This document shows, piece by piece, positions 18,716 to 30,807 of a stretch of DNA of 32,000 nt. Numbering within the stretch: the first letter of the stretch is position 1; every line of letters starts with the position of its first letter. The notes beneath the pieces are model-generated. The model was given only the letters and a program-made list of their open reading frames with translations, was not told the DNA's origin and searched no databases. A program made the translations under genes and the position numbers. The DNA lies in assembly GCA_016933055.1 (NCBI GenBank), contig JAFGBS010000001.1, positions 270,001 through 302,000 on the forward strand, read 5' to 3'. The DNA comes from Promethearchaeota archaeon (lineage in GTDB: Archaea; Asgardarchaeota; Lokiarchaeia; Sigyniarchaeales; Promethearchaeaceae).

Positions 18716-19297
18716 TTAAAAACACAAGTAGAAGGCATTTTTGTTATTCAATTCGTAAACGTTCACGTTTTTGAAGTAATTGTTAAGTTCATTCAAACCT
18801 TTGTTACAAAAATCTCTATACGCTCCTCCCTCCAGCCACTCGATAAATTTTGTCTTCCATCTATGCTTTTGAAGAAGATTATAATCATAAAATAAAGTAA
18901 ATTTCTTGGAAACTCGTTTACTTTCTTGATAAACATGAATGCGATTTTCATATGCAAGTCCATGGATAAAATTAGCACTAATGACAAAATCAAAAAAGTC
19001 ATCATTAAAAGGCAATCCATTTGGTATATCACACAATTTGCATTTCAAGTGATTTTTTCGACATATTTTTACCATCTTTGGAGCGACATCTACGCCCGTT
19101 ACCTCATATCCCAACTCTTGGAATACATAACCAAAAGCCCCAGTCCCAGTGCCTAAATCTAGAACTCTACCAGATTCTGGAAGAAGTTTTCTTATTACAT
19201 GATTCGATAACAGGTTTCGATAGTTTCGGATTTGATTTGGAAAAGTAAACTGATAAAAAATGGCAATACGATTAAATAACTTTCCATGTTTATCCAT
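18716..19297 (-). CDS. Class I SAM-dependent methyltransferase
   Basis: VLDLGTGTG, VTGVD.APKM, LPF.DD.FD.V. Confidence 0.9.
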   Translation of the reverse strand: MDKHGKLFNRIAIFYQFTFPNQIRNYRNLLSNHVIRKLLPESGRVLDLGTGTGAFGYVFQELGYEVTGVDVAPKMVKICRKNHLKCKLCDIPNGLPFNDDFFDFVISANFIHGLAYENRIHVYQESKRVSKKFTLFYDYNLLQKHRWKTKFIEWLEGGAYRDFCNKGLNELNNYFKNVNVYELNNKNAFYLCF

Positions 19298-19350
19298 GCA
19301 CTATTTGAAGCATCCAAATCTAAAAAAAGGATAACATCGAAAGCAGTGAT

Positions 19351-20271
19351 ATGATAGAATCAGAATCCCTATTACTCAATAAAAAAATTATCATTAATGG
19401 AGCCAGTAAGGGGATAGGAAGAGCTGTTGCCATAGGATTTGCAGAATTAGGTGCAACTGTTGGATTAATAAGCCGAAATGAGAAACTCTTAAAGGAAAAT
19501 ATCAAATTCATAAGATCCAAAGGTGGAACTGCATATTATCGTGTGGCAGATGTTAGTAAATTTAACCAATTAAAAAATGCAATGGAAGGGTTAATTAAAG
19601 AAATGGGAGGAATAGATGTTCTAGTCAACAATGCAGGAATAGCTAAACCGCATTTTATACCTGAATCTGTGGAAGAGATCGATCAAATACTCGATATTAA
19701 CTTGAAAGGCGTAATTTATGGAATTTATATAGCTCTACCCTATTTTCAAGATCAAAAGAAGGGATCTATAATCTCAACTAGTAGTGGATCGTCAATGATC
19801 AGTACATTGAAAATGATTAATAATAACGCTCTTTACGCAGCCTCTAAAGCAGGCATTAATCTATTTTCGTTTTCAATATCTCAAGAGTTATCAAAACGAA
19901 TAAAAGTAAATGTGATACTACCCGGGTGGGTTCGTACAGATATTGTGGCTGTTGCCAGTAAAAATGCGATCGAGAATCTGGCCAAACATTTCGATGTCGC
20001 AGAGCCCGAAGACATTGTCCCGTTTTACACATATTATGCATCCGATGAATCCAAAAGAGTTTCGGGTGCAATTGTGAATTTACCATTAATGAGAATGGCC
20101 GTCCGCTTTTTTAAGGAAAAATATCAAGGATCACTCGGTGATTGGAATGAAATGGGATATGCTCTAGAGAATTATAGTCGATCAATCCACCAGCATGTAA
20201 AGGATCACGTAAATCTAATGAAATTCTTGCTAACAGTGGATGCAAAAGGAGCAAGTATGATGCCGAGATAA
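19351..20271 (+). CDS. Short-chain dehydrogenase/reductase with C-terminal extension
   Basis: INGASKGIG, ADV, LVNNAG, catalytic YAASK, VN.ILPGW..T. Confidence 0.9.
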   Translation: MIESESLLLNKKIIINGASKGIGRAVAIGFAELGATVGLISRNEKLLKENIKFIRSKGGTAYYRVADVSKFNQLKNAMEGLIKEMGGIDVLVNNAGIAKPHFIPESVEEIDQILDINLKGVIYGIYIALPYFQDQKKGSIISTSSGSSMISTLKMINNNALYAASKAGINLFSFSISQELSKRIKVNVILPGWVRTDIVAVASKNAIENLAKHFDVAEPEDIVPFYTYYASDESKRVSGAIVNLPLMRMAVRFFKEKYQGSLGDWNEMGYALENYSRSIHQHVKDHVNLMKFLLTVDAKGASMMPR

Positions 20272-20745
20272 AATTTTATACTCTGTTACCCTATACTTTA
20301 TGGATTGCCCTCGTCCCCGGAGGATGAGGTAGGAGAAGAATGCATTCAATCCGCCTCCTATAATCCCAGCGTAAAAAGCCGCATCAAATCACCACTTAAT
20401 GACCTCTAATACAGTAAGGATGAAGACAATTGAAGCAATCACCGTGATCGCAAAGCCTGCCGCAGATGTGAGAAACATGAGATTGAACTTGTTTGTCCAT
20501 TTTGATTCTGATTTGATTAGAGTTACTAAGGATTAGAAACTCGTTGTAACAAATAATCCAGCAAGGGGTAGCATCCATAAAAAGGACCACCATACCATTT
20601 CGGAAAACATGTGTTGATATCGGTAGATATCATAATCATATGGTCGATAGATATACCATCCTCCAAAATCCGTAGCAAAGAATAAGACAAATGTTGTTAT
20701 TGATAATCCCGCTACCAACCCTAGTAAAACTATCTCATTGATCAT
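20230..20745 (-). pseudogene. Small membrane-protein gene broken by two in-frame stops
   Basis: The frame of ORF 20533-20745 continues past TAA (20535-20533) and TGA (20391-20389) with further TM segments: VTTSF*SLVTLIK...FAITVIASIVFILTVLEVIKW*FDAAFYAGIIGGGLNAFFSYLILR. The 3' boundary is uncertain. Confidence 0.6.
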
Positions 20746-20924
20746 TCATTTAGTAGACTTTTGCTGTTCAGTCACAATATAATTGTCGTCACGCCAGCAT
20801 ATATATCATATACTAAAATCGATAATCTTTCCTAATGATACTGACAGTGGAGAGTAACTACTAAACGTACAGGATAGAATATAGATCTCAATACACAGAT
20901 AGTTTTTATTATATCACCCAAATT

Positions 20925-23435
20925 TTGTATCTAGAGAAAATGCGAAAACGAATTATCAACATTTTGTGTGCAGGAAAAATCTTTGCTCTAATTATTGTTG
21001 CTTATGAGACATTGTTTTTAATTATGTTTTCTCATCTAGTGGATTTTGAAACTGGAATTCAATTTCTAAGATTATTTCGGTATGAATCATTCATTCCAAC
21101 AGGATTTGGACCATTTCTAGCATGGTTAACTCCTCATGTGTTGATTTTTATCGTCGTTTTCGGATTTTTTTGGTGGGATTGGGGAGAGGTGCCCAAATAT
21201 ATTGCAATAGGAGCCGTGATTGTTCTTAGCATTATGAATTCCATTTGGTTTGCATCCCTACTTCCGTTTTTTATGTGGATATTTCTGATCTATCTTTTAA
21301 TACGAGTTCCCCCCATAGCATTTCGGAAATTATTTTACTTTGCGATAAAGAGGAAGAATACACCGCTCAGAATTTTGACTAAACAAATTCCGAGTTGGAC
21401 ACAACTACTGGGAATCATTCTCATTTTGCCATTATTCATCCCCAGTATTCCCTATATCACGGGTTCCTTGGAACAACCCGAACCTTATATTTGGAATTTG
21501 GAATATCACGGTGGAAATTTTACTGAGCGAAAATTACTTGCAGGTAATGATAGTTTAACCTATGCTCCTTCAAGTCCCAATACACAATTCATTAACGTCT
21601 ATTTAGGAAATCCAGTTGTAGAATCACAAATCCTAGGAGGATTATATAAAATCTATGGGGAAGATGGGGGAGATTTTGAAATGAATAAAGTCCTCCGCCT
21701 TCTATATCTAAATAATGTTACCGACGTACTTACTAATGAAACCCGTACACTAATTGAAGGAGCTCTTTTATACGGTAAATATTGGGTTGACCAACAGGGA
21801 GTCTCAAATGGATTATATTGGACGGAAAATCACCAGATTGGATATCATACCGCTGAATTATTATCGGGACAGATGTTCCGGGCGAGAACATTTAATCGTA
21901 CTTTAATGACAGGAGAAGAACATATTGCTCATGCAGAGTATATGATTACCAAATGGATTGATTGGCGAGCCCGATTTGGCTTTAGCGAATACCATAGTAA
22001 TGTCTATTATGACATTGATTTTCGTGCTTTACTTAATCTTGTAGATTTTGCGGAAAACGCAACTATAGCGAATAAAGCTGCTATGCTATTAGATTTGATG
22101 AATTTTGATTTTGCAAATAACTATTTCAAGGATATCTATGCAATAGCCCATGGCCGATGTTATGGGGAATCCAAAGTTGCCACGGTTACGGGTAGCTTTC
22201 AAAATAGAGATAGCATCGCAGATGCTGTATGGTTATGGCTCGGTATTGGAGGTTATAATGGGTGGGGAATTAGTACCACCGAAGCATTCATCCTAACTAG
22301 TACATACCAACCCTCATCGATTTTGGAGAAGATAGCACAAGATGCGAAGGTTTTCAATGAACATAAAGACAGAAACGGTATGAATGTAGATGAGGGTGAA
22401 TCCTATGGGATTGAATATAACGAAGAAGATATCATGTATTGGTGGGGAATGACGAACTACCTAGGTTCGGAAATCATTGAAACCACTTTTGACTATGTCG
22501 AAAAATACGATATTGATCCTGCACTTGTGTTCGGACCAGGAGTGATGAATTATACCAGATTTGCGGCAAATCTTCGAGCTTTATCTTTATCCGAGTTTTC
22601 TTTATTAATGAAGGAATTTACAGAGGGAATCGCCCAAGAAGCGGCTAATTTATACACTTATCGTACGTCATATTACCAGTTATCTGGATTACAAGACTAC
22701 CAAAAAGGAAAAAATAGCGTACAAGAGCATATATGGCAAGCATCTTTGTCCAATAATGCATATATATTTACTAATGCACCTGGAGGGTTGAACTGGAAGG
22801 GTGGTCCGTTCATGGGAGGGTGGATGCCGCGGGGTGTATTCCATAAGAATATCGGTGTAATCCAATACGACCATCGTCATGAAATTATAGGAGGAAAATT
22901 ACTCGCACAGTTAGCAGATGCGGGATTAAATATGTTCACTGGCAACCGCCCGAAAAATCATGCTTATTTTCCAAAATGGGCATTCGATCAAGTGGTTTCG
23001 AAAGGAAGATGGACATTTGGTTCTAAAGATGGTGGATATGTGGCTTTGTTCTCTAAAAATCCGACGTTCTGGGCATCAGATTATGAATTAACAGCTCTTG
23101 GGGAGAAAAATGTCTGGATCGTGGAAATGGGGAGCGAATCAGAATATGCTTCTTTTGCTGATTTCATACAGCAAATTTTGTCAGCCCAAATAGATATTAA
23201 ATCTGCAAGAATAGGATTCACAGTAAGTTATGACTCCCCCTCCCAAGGATTAGCTTCTGTGGGGTGGGAGGGAGATTTTATTGTTAATGGCACCGTAATG
23301 GATTTGGAATATGAACGCTTTGAGAACAAATATGTGAGTACTGCTGGTTTTAACTCATTGGAGACTATTATCGAGTTTAATGGAGAGAAATTAACGCTAA
23401 ATTTTGCGAATAACACGCGATTATATGAACCATGA
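20925..23435 (+). CDS. Large membrane-anchored protein; putative extracellular glycan-lyase/heparinase-like fold
   Basis: About five N-terminal TM helices, then a ~650-aa soluble region with helical WTENHQI, GFSEYHSNVYY and HGR.Y segments and a beta-rich C-terminus. Probable ATG start at 20940. Function is inferred only. Confidence 0.6.
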   Translation: MYLEKMRKRIINILCAGKIFALIIVAYETLFLIMFSHLVDFETGIQFLRLFRYESFIPTGFGPFLAWLTPHVLIFIVVFGFFWWDWGEVPKYIAIGAVIVLSIMNSIWFASLLPFFMWIFLIYLLIRVPPIAFRKLFYFAIKRKNTPLRILTKQIPSWTQLLGIILILPLFIPSIPYITGSLEQPEPYIWNLEYHGGNFTERKLLAGNDSLTYAPSSPNTQFINVYLGNPVVESQILGGLYKIYGEDGGDFEMNKVLRLLYLNNVTDVLTNETRTLIEGALLYGKYWVDQQGVSNGLYWTENHQIGYHTAELLSGQMFRARTFNRTLMTGEEHIAHAEYMITKWIDWRARFGFSEYHSNVYYDIDFRALLNLVDFAENATIANKAAMLLDLMNFDFANNYFKDIYAIAHGRCYGESKVATVTGSFQNRDSIADAVWLWLGIGGYNGWGISTTEAFILTSTYQPSSILEKIAQDAKVFNEHKDRNGMNVDEGESYGIEYNEEDIMYWWGMTNYLGSEIIETTFDYVEKYDIDPALVFGPGVMNYTRFAANLRALSLSEFSLLMKEFTEGIAQEAANLYTYRTSYYQLSGLQDYQKGKNSVQEHIWQASLSNNAYIFTNAPGGLNWKGGPFMGGWMPRGVFHKNIGVIQYDHRHEIIGGKLLAQLADAGLNMFTGNRPKNHAYFPKWAFDQVVSKGRWTFGSKDGGYVALFSKNPTFWASDYELTALGEKNVWIVEMGSESEYASFADFIQQILSAQIDIKSARIGFTVSYDSPSQGLASVGWEGDFIVNGTVMDLEYERFENKYVSTAGFNSLETIIEFNGEKLTLNFANNTRLYEP

Positions 23436-23462
23436 CCTAGCATTTTAGCATATATCTTTTCG

Positions 23463-24398
23463 TTAAATCTGGGGGATATAGCTATATAACTTGTTGATAT
23501 TTGGGGTAGGTATATTCGCTTTTTGAATTAAAATTTGAAATTCATCAGCTAATTTACGCATCTCGTCCACTCCATGCTCCACATGAGCTTTTAAAACAAC
23601 ATCGTACCATTTCCACTGAAACATTAATATGATTTTTCTTTTCAAGACTTCAAGATCTGCAATTTCTTGCTCAAAAGACTCCGGAAGAATCGGATACCTC
23701 AATTTTTTAAGAACTTCTACCCCTTCAATAACGGCTTGAACGGCTACTTCCATTTCTTCAGAGGATTCATGTAATTCCTTAGTCTGTTTTTTTAACATGT
23801 AATAAAGATTAGCGAGAGGACTCACCCATGCAATATGGGTTTTCAACCAAGAATCAATATTCTCTGAAATAATAACATTTAAACCCGCTTTCTCTAGTAA
23901 AAGTTTGATATCTTTAACACGGGGGGTTTTATCACCCGAAGTTTCCCCTAAATAGAATCGGGTTACTTTTGGATCAAAAACCACTTTCATTAAATGACCT
24001 TGTCGCATACCTCCTGCGCTAAAAAACCCTAAAAGAATCCGGTTTGGATTGATTCGATCCTTATAATCTTCAATTGCTGTTCCATTGTTGCCAACAAATA
24101 GAATAGTTGCTGTGGTGGAAAAATTCGCTAAATCCGGTAAGATAGTATGAACTTGAGTTTTTTGCATAATAACAATAATTAAATCAAATTGAGTTTCCTT
24201 AGATAGCTTTTCCTTTATAGTCTCTATAGGCGTAGTAGTTATTGTTTCACTGACAAGGTTTTCAATTACAATACCCTTTTCTTCAATCTCTCGTAACCGT
24301 TGACCGCGTGCCAATATAGAAACATCTGTTCCAGCGCGCTTCATCAAACTTGCCAATAAACTTCCTAACACACCAGCACCATATACTAAAATTTTCAT
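23463..24398 (-). CDS. Ketopantoate reductase (ApbA/PanE) family oxidoreductase
   Basis: MKILVYGAGVLGS, V.ILARG.R, FVGNN, WLKTH.A. Confidence 0.85.
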   Translation of the reverse strand: MKILVYGAGVLGSLLASLMKRAGTDVSILARGQRLREIEEKGIVIENLVSETITTTPIETIKEKLSKETQFDLIIVIMQKTQVHTILPDLANFSTTATILFVGNNGTAIEDYKDRINPNRILLGFFSAGGMRQGHLMKVVFDPKVTRFYLGETSGDKTPRVKDIKLLLEKAGLNVIISENIDSWLKTHIAWVSPLANLYYMLKKQTKELHESSEEMEVAVQAVIEGVEVLKKLRYPILPESFEQEIADLEVLKRKIILMFQWKWYDVVLKAHVEHGVDEMRKLADEFQILIQKANIPTPNINKLYSYIPQI

Positions 24399-24430
24399 AG
24401 AACTTTCCTACTTTTTATGATTTATATTCT

Positions 24431-25603
24431 TTATTTAATATCGATTGCGTAAACTTGCCGTCCATGAGCCCCCAATCCATCAAAACTTAATTGAGATCCA
24501 TCCGGCTTCCAACGAGGATGAGGATCGCAACGGATATCCTCTTTAATATGCTTAGGGTTTTCAAATTCAGCCACAATCAGTAGATCTTCTGCCTTCATAT
24601 CAAAAATGTAAACAAATCGCTTATTTTTTACAATGTATGTGTCCGTAGCTAAGTACTTCTTATCTGGACTGAACACAGGATGTCCATTCCATGTTAATCG
24701 TTGCGGAGATATCGCATGAGATTCCCCATCGCGATCTTTGATCAGAACATGGGAATAATTTGTTTCCTTTAAGTATTTCATAGTAACAATGAGAGTAGAG
24801 TTGCTATACCATCCAAAGTGAGAGAGTTGATTATTAAAATCCACTACCAGGTAAGGATCTGAACCGTCTGTATTCATCGTCCACATACTCGAAACAAGCA
24901 TTTTATAAGAATTAGTAAAACGTGCAAGGAAGAAAAATCGATCATCTTCCGGTGAAAATCCCAGATGGTTGAACCAATAGTTTTGTCCTTTCAACAGTAA
25001 ATCCTGTCCTTCCCGAGTAATTTTATTCTTATTCCAAATCTCATCAAAACTTGCGATAAGGTCGGATTCTCCACTTTTTAAGTTCATTAAAAAAACTCCG
25101 TCATCTTCAGGATGCAAACCACCTGTGGCATAATCATACTCAGACGGATAAGAGACAACTGGTCGATTTTTCCGTAAACGCGCAAAATTCACACATAATG
25201 CTAGATCTTTAGAATGGGCGATTGCGTTAATTGCACGGGGAAGTTTTCGTTCTTCTTCTGATTGGATGTCTATTATTCGAGAAAAAATTCCCTTGGGGTC
25301 GCAATCATTGAATACTATTTTATTATTAGGTTCAGAAGGTAGCCAGTGTAAAAGGCAACCTTGCTGAAAATTCCATCCTTGAGTTTCAGTTAGCACTCGG
25401 TAAGTTTCTTCTTTCAGATCTAGCAATATAATCCGAGCCTTATCACCCATCGAGGGCATATGATCTTGGAAATCTGTTTCCAAGCATACAAAGTATCGTC
25501 CATTCTTTGACCATGGACTAGTCTCGTAATACCCAAAGAAATGATGGGGATAATTGGGAGTTAACTGAATTGGATCCGAAAATTCCATAGTAAGTTTAAA
25601 CAC
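24431..25603 (-). CDS. Beta-propeller protein, oligogalacturonate-lyase/TolB-like
   Basis: FFGYY..SPWS, WNFQQG, WFNHLGFSP, SHFGW, GHPVFSPD, RCDPHPRW.PDG..LSFD repeats. Confidence 0.7.
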   Translation of the reverse strand: MFKLTMEFSDPIQLTPNYPHHFFGYYETSPWSKNGRYFVCLETDFQDHMPSMGDKARIILLDLKEETYRVLTETQGWNFQQGCLLHWLPSEPNNKIVFNDCDPKGIFSRIIDIQSEEERKLPRAINAIAHSKDLALCVNFARLRKNRPVVSYPSEYDYATGGLHPEDDGVFLMNLKSGESDLIASFDEIWNKNKITREGQDLLLKGQNYWFNHLGFSPEDDRFFFLARFTNSYKMLVSSMWTMNTDGSDPYLVVDFNNQLSHFGWYSNSTLIVTMKYLKETNYSHVLIKDRDGESHAISPQRLTWNGHPVFSPDKKYLATDTYIVKNKRFVYIFDMKAEDLLIVAEFENPKHIKEDIRCDPHPRWKPDGSQLSFDGLGAHGRQVYAIDIK

Positions 25604-25688
25604 CGTACCTAAAATAAATCATACCTTATGATTAAATCCCATTTTAATTCAATTCTAATGGAAAAAAGTAATTAAAAATGAAATAATA

Positions 25689-25970
25689 ATGGATTTATGG
25701 ATACGACTGGCGATAAGTTTTAACGGAACAATCTTATTTATGTCTCTATATATTGAATTCTTAGCGGATTTATCAACACTTCGACATCCGGGATTAATGG
25801 GTTACAACATTATTTTTTGAATTGGTTTTGTTCCGTTAATCGTGGGACAATTCTTCCACTGGCAAATTTTTCATGGAATACAATCCAATTTTGAATAATG
25901 GCTTCAATCTCTTATTCTTAAAATCAAAAATAGCAAAAAAAACAAAAAAGGTAAAGCTCCCACAAAATTA
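25689..25970 (+). pseudogene. Possible remnant of a small membrane-protein gene
   Basis: ATG 25689 frame MDLWIRLAISFNGTILFMSLYIEFL...YNIIF*IGFVPLIVGQFFHWQIF...FE*WLQ... with TGA 25818 and TAA 25896, ending TAA 25968. Confidence 0.35.
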
Positions 25971-26130
25971 AGTGTATATTTTAGATTAATCAAAACCTAA
26001 CCATGAGATCTATTTTTTTCCATACTTCATTGTAAAGGGATTGCATATTTTTTGCTCAGCATTGATAGATTTTTATGTACTTTAATTCCATTTATATTTA
26101 GCATCTTAAAACTGAAGTTAAGCGAGAACA

Positions 26131-29100
26131 ATGAGTGGAACTTTCAAAATTATTCTAAACAAGGCGAAAAATTTTTTTAAGCACAAGAAAAAGGAAGTAA
26201 TCGTCTATATTGGCATCACTATTTTAACAATTGGAGGTTTTCTGGGTGCTTTTTTTTCATTCTATGGTGTAATTAATCGTGGGGATTTTCAACCTCAGAT
26301 ATCTGAATATGGTCCTAAAATAAATCCCATTTTGACTCAAACTGAGTCGTATGAATTCTTTGTAAGCGCATTTGATCCAGAAGGAAAGAGTCTAAGTTTT
26401 AATTGGAAACTAGATGGAGCAGATCAAGGTGTACTAAGTAATTATTACACCTATACTAGTGGTAAAGCCATCCCTGGAAAACACACAGTAGAAGTTGATA
26501 TATCTGATGGACATAATACACAAACCCATGAATGGAACCTAACGATTCTTGATATCAATTTATTAGCTGATTTTAATGAAGAATCAGGAGATTCAGGAAT
26601 TAAGAATCCATATAATTGGAACGGAACTCTCTTTTTTTCTTGCAATGATGGAATTCATGGCATTGAGCTCTGGAAAAGCGATGGCACTGCTGAAGGTACG
26701 GTTTTAGTTAAAGATATCAATGAAGGTGATAGTTACAGCTCCTCTAATCCCAGTTTCTTTACGGAGATGGGAGGAAAATTATACTTCAGAGCGTATAATA
26801 GCAGTTTTGGATATGAATTATGGAGTACAGATGGTTCAGAGGAAGGTACCTCTATAGTAGAGGATATGATACCAGGTCCTTCTTCTTTTGATCCATGGGA
26901 ACTAGAAGCGTTAGATAACATTCTGTTATTCCGGGCTTCAAATTCAACTGTTGGTCTAGAGTTATGGGCATTGGAAGATGGCGGGAGTCCGTATCTTGTA
27001 TATGATATCGCACCAGGAATAGGAGGATCTTATCCAAATTACTTAACTAGATATAAAAACGAAATTTACTTCTCTGCTACAAATGGAATAGGTGGACATG
27101 GGACGGAATTATGGAAAAGCAATGGTACAAAAGCAGGAACCGTAGAAGTTCGTGACATACGAGTTGGATCAATAGGTTCATATCCAAGATATCTAACTGT
27201 AATGAATGATAAGCTATTTTTCGTTGCTTCCAATAATTCAGACGATAAAGAATTATGGATTACGCAAGGTGATTTTAGTAGCACTCAGCGAGTCAAGGAC
27301 ATAAACCCTGGCTCTTTGGGTAGCAATCCAAACTTACTCACAGTCGTAAATAATACACTTTTCTTTCGGGCTGATGATGGTACACATGGTAGTGAACTAT
27401 GGATTTCTGATGGCAGCGAGGCAAATACAACTTTAGTAAAAGACATTTGGCCTGGATCACCCCATCCAAGTCTAAATTCTTTGGTTAATTATAAAGGACA
27501 GGCATATTTCCGCGCACATAATGGAGAACAGGATTATGGAATCGAGCTTTGGCGTAGCGACGGAACTGAAAGCGGAACTCAACGAATTGCGGATATAGAT
27601 CAAACAGAAGGGTATGGGTCTTCCCCAGAGTATCTAACGGTCATAGGGAACACACTTTATTTCAAAGCGACTAATATTACTGTGGGTTCTGAATTGTTCA
27701 AATATACCCCTGAAGAAGGAGTTAGACTCGTTGTAGATTTAGTATCAGGAGATGGTAGTTCGGATCCTAATTGGTTAATTGATGTCAATGGAACGCTATT
27801 TTTAGAGATGAGAGATGTATGCCAAGGAAGAGAACTGCGGAAATATGATGAGTGTGCAGATTCTATTGTTCTCGTAAAAGATATAAACATAAACACGAAA
27901 AATTTTATCGATTCAGAAATAGAATCCTACCAATTCATTCAATTTACAGATTACGTATATTTTGCAGCAAATGATCCCCTATTTGGAACAGAACTCTTTC
28001 GTACCGATGGGACCGTTCTTGGAACAACGTTAGTTTGTGATATAAATCCAGGTTATCGTGATAGTAATCCCGAATATTTTACGAAAGTAGGAAATAAATT
28101 ATTATTTTCGGCTACAAACGTATTGAATGGCACGGAATTGTGGTGCTTGGAAGAGGGGGGCGATCCATATTTGTTGATCGATATTAATGAAATACCAACG
28201 GAAGGTTCGTATCCCTCCGATTTAGTTGCATACCAGAATAAAGCGTATTTTAATGCGTATACAGAGGATTTTGGAGTAGAAATTTATGTCACAGATGGAA
28301 CAAAGTCAGGTACATATCGGATAGAAGATGTAAATGAAGGAACTGAAGACTCTCATCCGACTCAATTTACAGGTATTGGAGAGTATGTTTATTTTGTTGC
28401 ACAAAATGATATGTATGGTGAAGAAATTTGGAAAACAGACGGTCTAACAGTTCAGCTTGCTTCTGATATTGCTTTTGGCACAGATAGTTCTGATCCTGAA
28501 AACTTAGTGGCATTTGGAGGAAAATTATTTTTCACAGCAGAAGAGAACTCCCATGGATGCGAATTATATGTTTTAGACCCCTTTGATGATAATTATTCAA
28601 TTTTCGACATAAATGATGGTTCAGATTCTTCTGAACCATACCAATTGACAATTTGTGGAGACTATCTCTATTTTATTGCGTACAATAGCACCATAGGAGC
28701 TGAATTATTCAAAACTGACGGTGTTTCCATGGAGCTTGTATTGGATTTAAACAGCGGATCCAATGATGGCAATATTGAACATTTGATCGAAATGAATGGC
28801 ATTCTGTATTTCAAAGCAGACAACCTGATTAACGGTTCAGAACTATGGAGATCTGATGGAACAGAAAGTGGCACATATATGTTAAAAGATATCTGGCCTA
28901 ACAGCCCAAACTCCAATCCAACAAGATTTACAGTATTATACGACCATTTGTTTTTTATAGCGGAAGATGAAACAAACGGATTTCAACTCTGGAAAACAAA
29001 TGGAGAAATGAAATATACTAGCATGGTTGAAGCACATTTTTCAGGAACTCTTGACGATATTGGGGTCGTATGGATAGGAATTAATGGCCATATTCTTATT

Positions 29101-29148
29101 TTAGGACAAGATGGGACACACGGTGAAGAAATTTACAGCGCTTCTTAA
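26131..29148 (+). CDS. Membrane-anchored ELWxxDGT-repeat surface protein with an Ig/PKD-like domain
   Basis: N-terminal TM helix after KHKKK; DPEG-containing beta domain; 18 copies of G.EL(W/F)..DG(T/S)-like motif about 47-50 aa apart. Confidence 0.9.
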   Translation: MSGTFKIILNKAKNFFKHKKKEVIVYIGITILTIGGFLGAFFSFYGVINRGDFQPQISEYGPKINPILTQTESYEFFVSAFDPEGKSLSFNWKLDGADQGVLSNYYTYTSGKAIPGKHTVEVDISDGHNTQTHEWNLTILDINLLADFNEESGDSGIKNPYNWNGTLFFSCNDGIHGIELWKSDGTAEGTVLVKDINEGDSYSSSNPSFFTEMGGKLYFRAYNSSFGYELWSTDGSEEGTSIVEDMIPGPSSFDPWELEALDNILLFRASNSTVGLELWALEDGGSPYLVYDIAPGIGGSYPNYLTRYKNEIYFSATNGIGGHGTELWKSNGTKAGTVEVRDIRVGSIGSYPRYLTVMNDKLFFVASNNSDDKELWITQGDFSSTQRVKDINPGSLGSNPNLLTVVNNTLFFRADDGTHGSELWISDGSEANTTLVKDIWPGSPHPSLNSLVNYKGQAYFRAHNGEQDYGIELWRSDGTESGTQRIADIDQTEGYGSSPEYLTVIGNTLYFKATNITVGSELFKYTPEEGVRLVVDLVSGDGSSDPNWLIDVNGTLFLEMRDVCQGRELRKYDECADSIVLVKDININTKNFIDSEIESYQFIQFTDYVYFAANDPLFGTELFRTDGTVLGTTLVCDINPGYRDSNPEYFTKVGNKLLFSATNVLNGTELWCLEEGGDPYLLIDINEIPTEGSYPSDLVAYQNKAYFNAYTEDFGVEIYVTDGTKSGTYRIEDVNEGTEDSHPTQFTGIGEYVYFVAQNDMYGEEIWKTDGLTVQLASDIAFGTDSSDPENLVAFGGKLFFTAEENSHGCELYVLDPFDDNYSIFDINDGSDSSEPYQLTICGDYLYFIAYNSTIGAELFKTDGVSMELVLDLNSGSNDGNIEHLIEMNGILYFKADNLINGSELWRSDGTESGTYMLKDIWPNSPNSNPTRFTVLYDHLFFIAEDETNGFQLWKTNGEMKYTSMVEAHFSGTLDDIGVVWIGINGHILILGQDGTHGEEIYSAS

Positions 29149-29421
29149 CTATTTTATTATTTTTCACATCAAATTATTTATTTAAATGAATTTTGATTTC
29201 TTCTTTTTTTTCTTCCAACGATTTGGTCTTTTTTCTTCTTCAATTCGATCTATTCTTGAAATTAGCCTTTATATAGAGAATAAAAGATTTGGTATAATTT
29301 CAACAAACTCATTTAACAGAAAAAAATTGGTTATCTAAGATTGGTTGTCATAAATAGGATCCCAACGAGGAGTAAGAAATAGGCTTTAAGCTTCGGTTGA
29401 GTCTGATTTTGGTTCACCACA

Positions 29422-30807
<1,386 letters not shown>

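Noticed and set aside
20389-20391. Selenocysteine reading of the in-frame TGA
   Set aside because: The context is a hydrophobic W-x-F-D segment rather than a redox motif, the same frame also has a TAA, and no SECIS was recognised.
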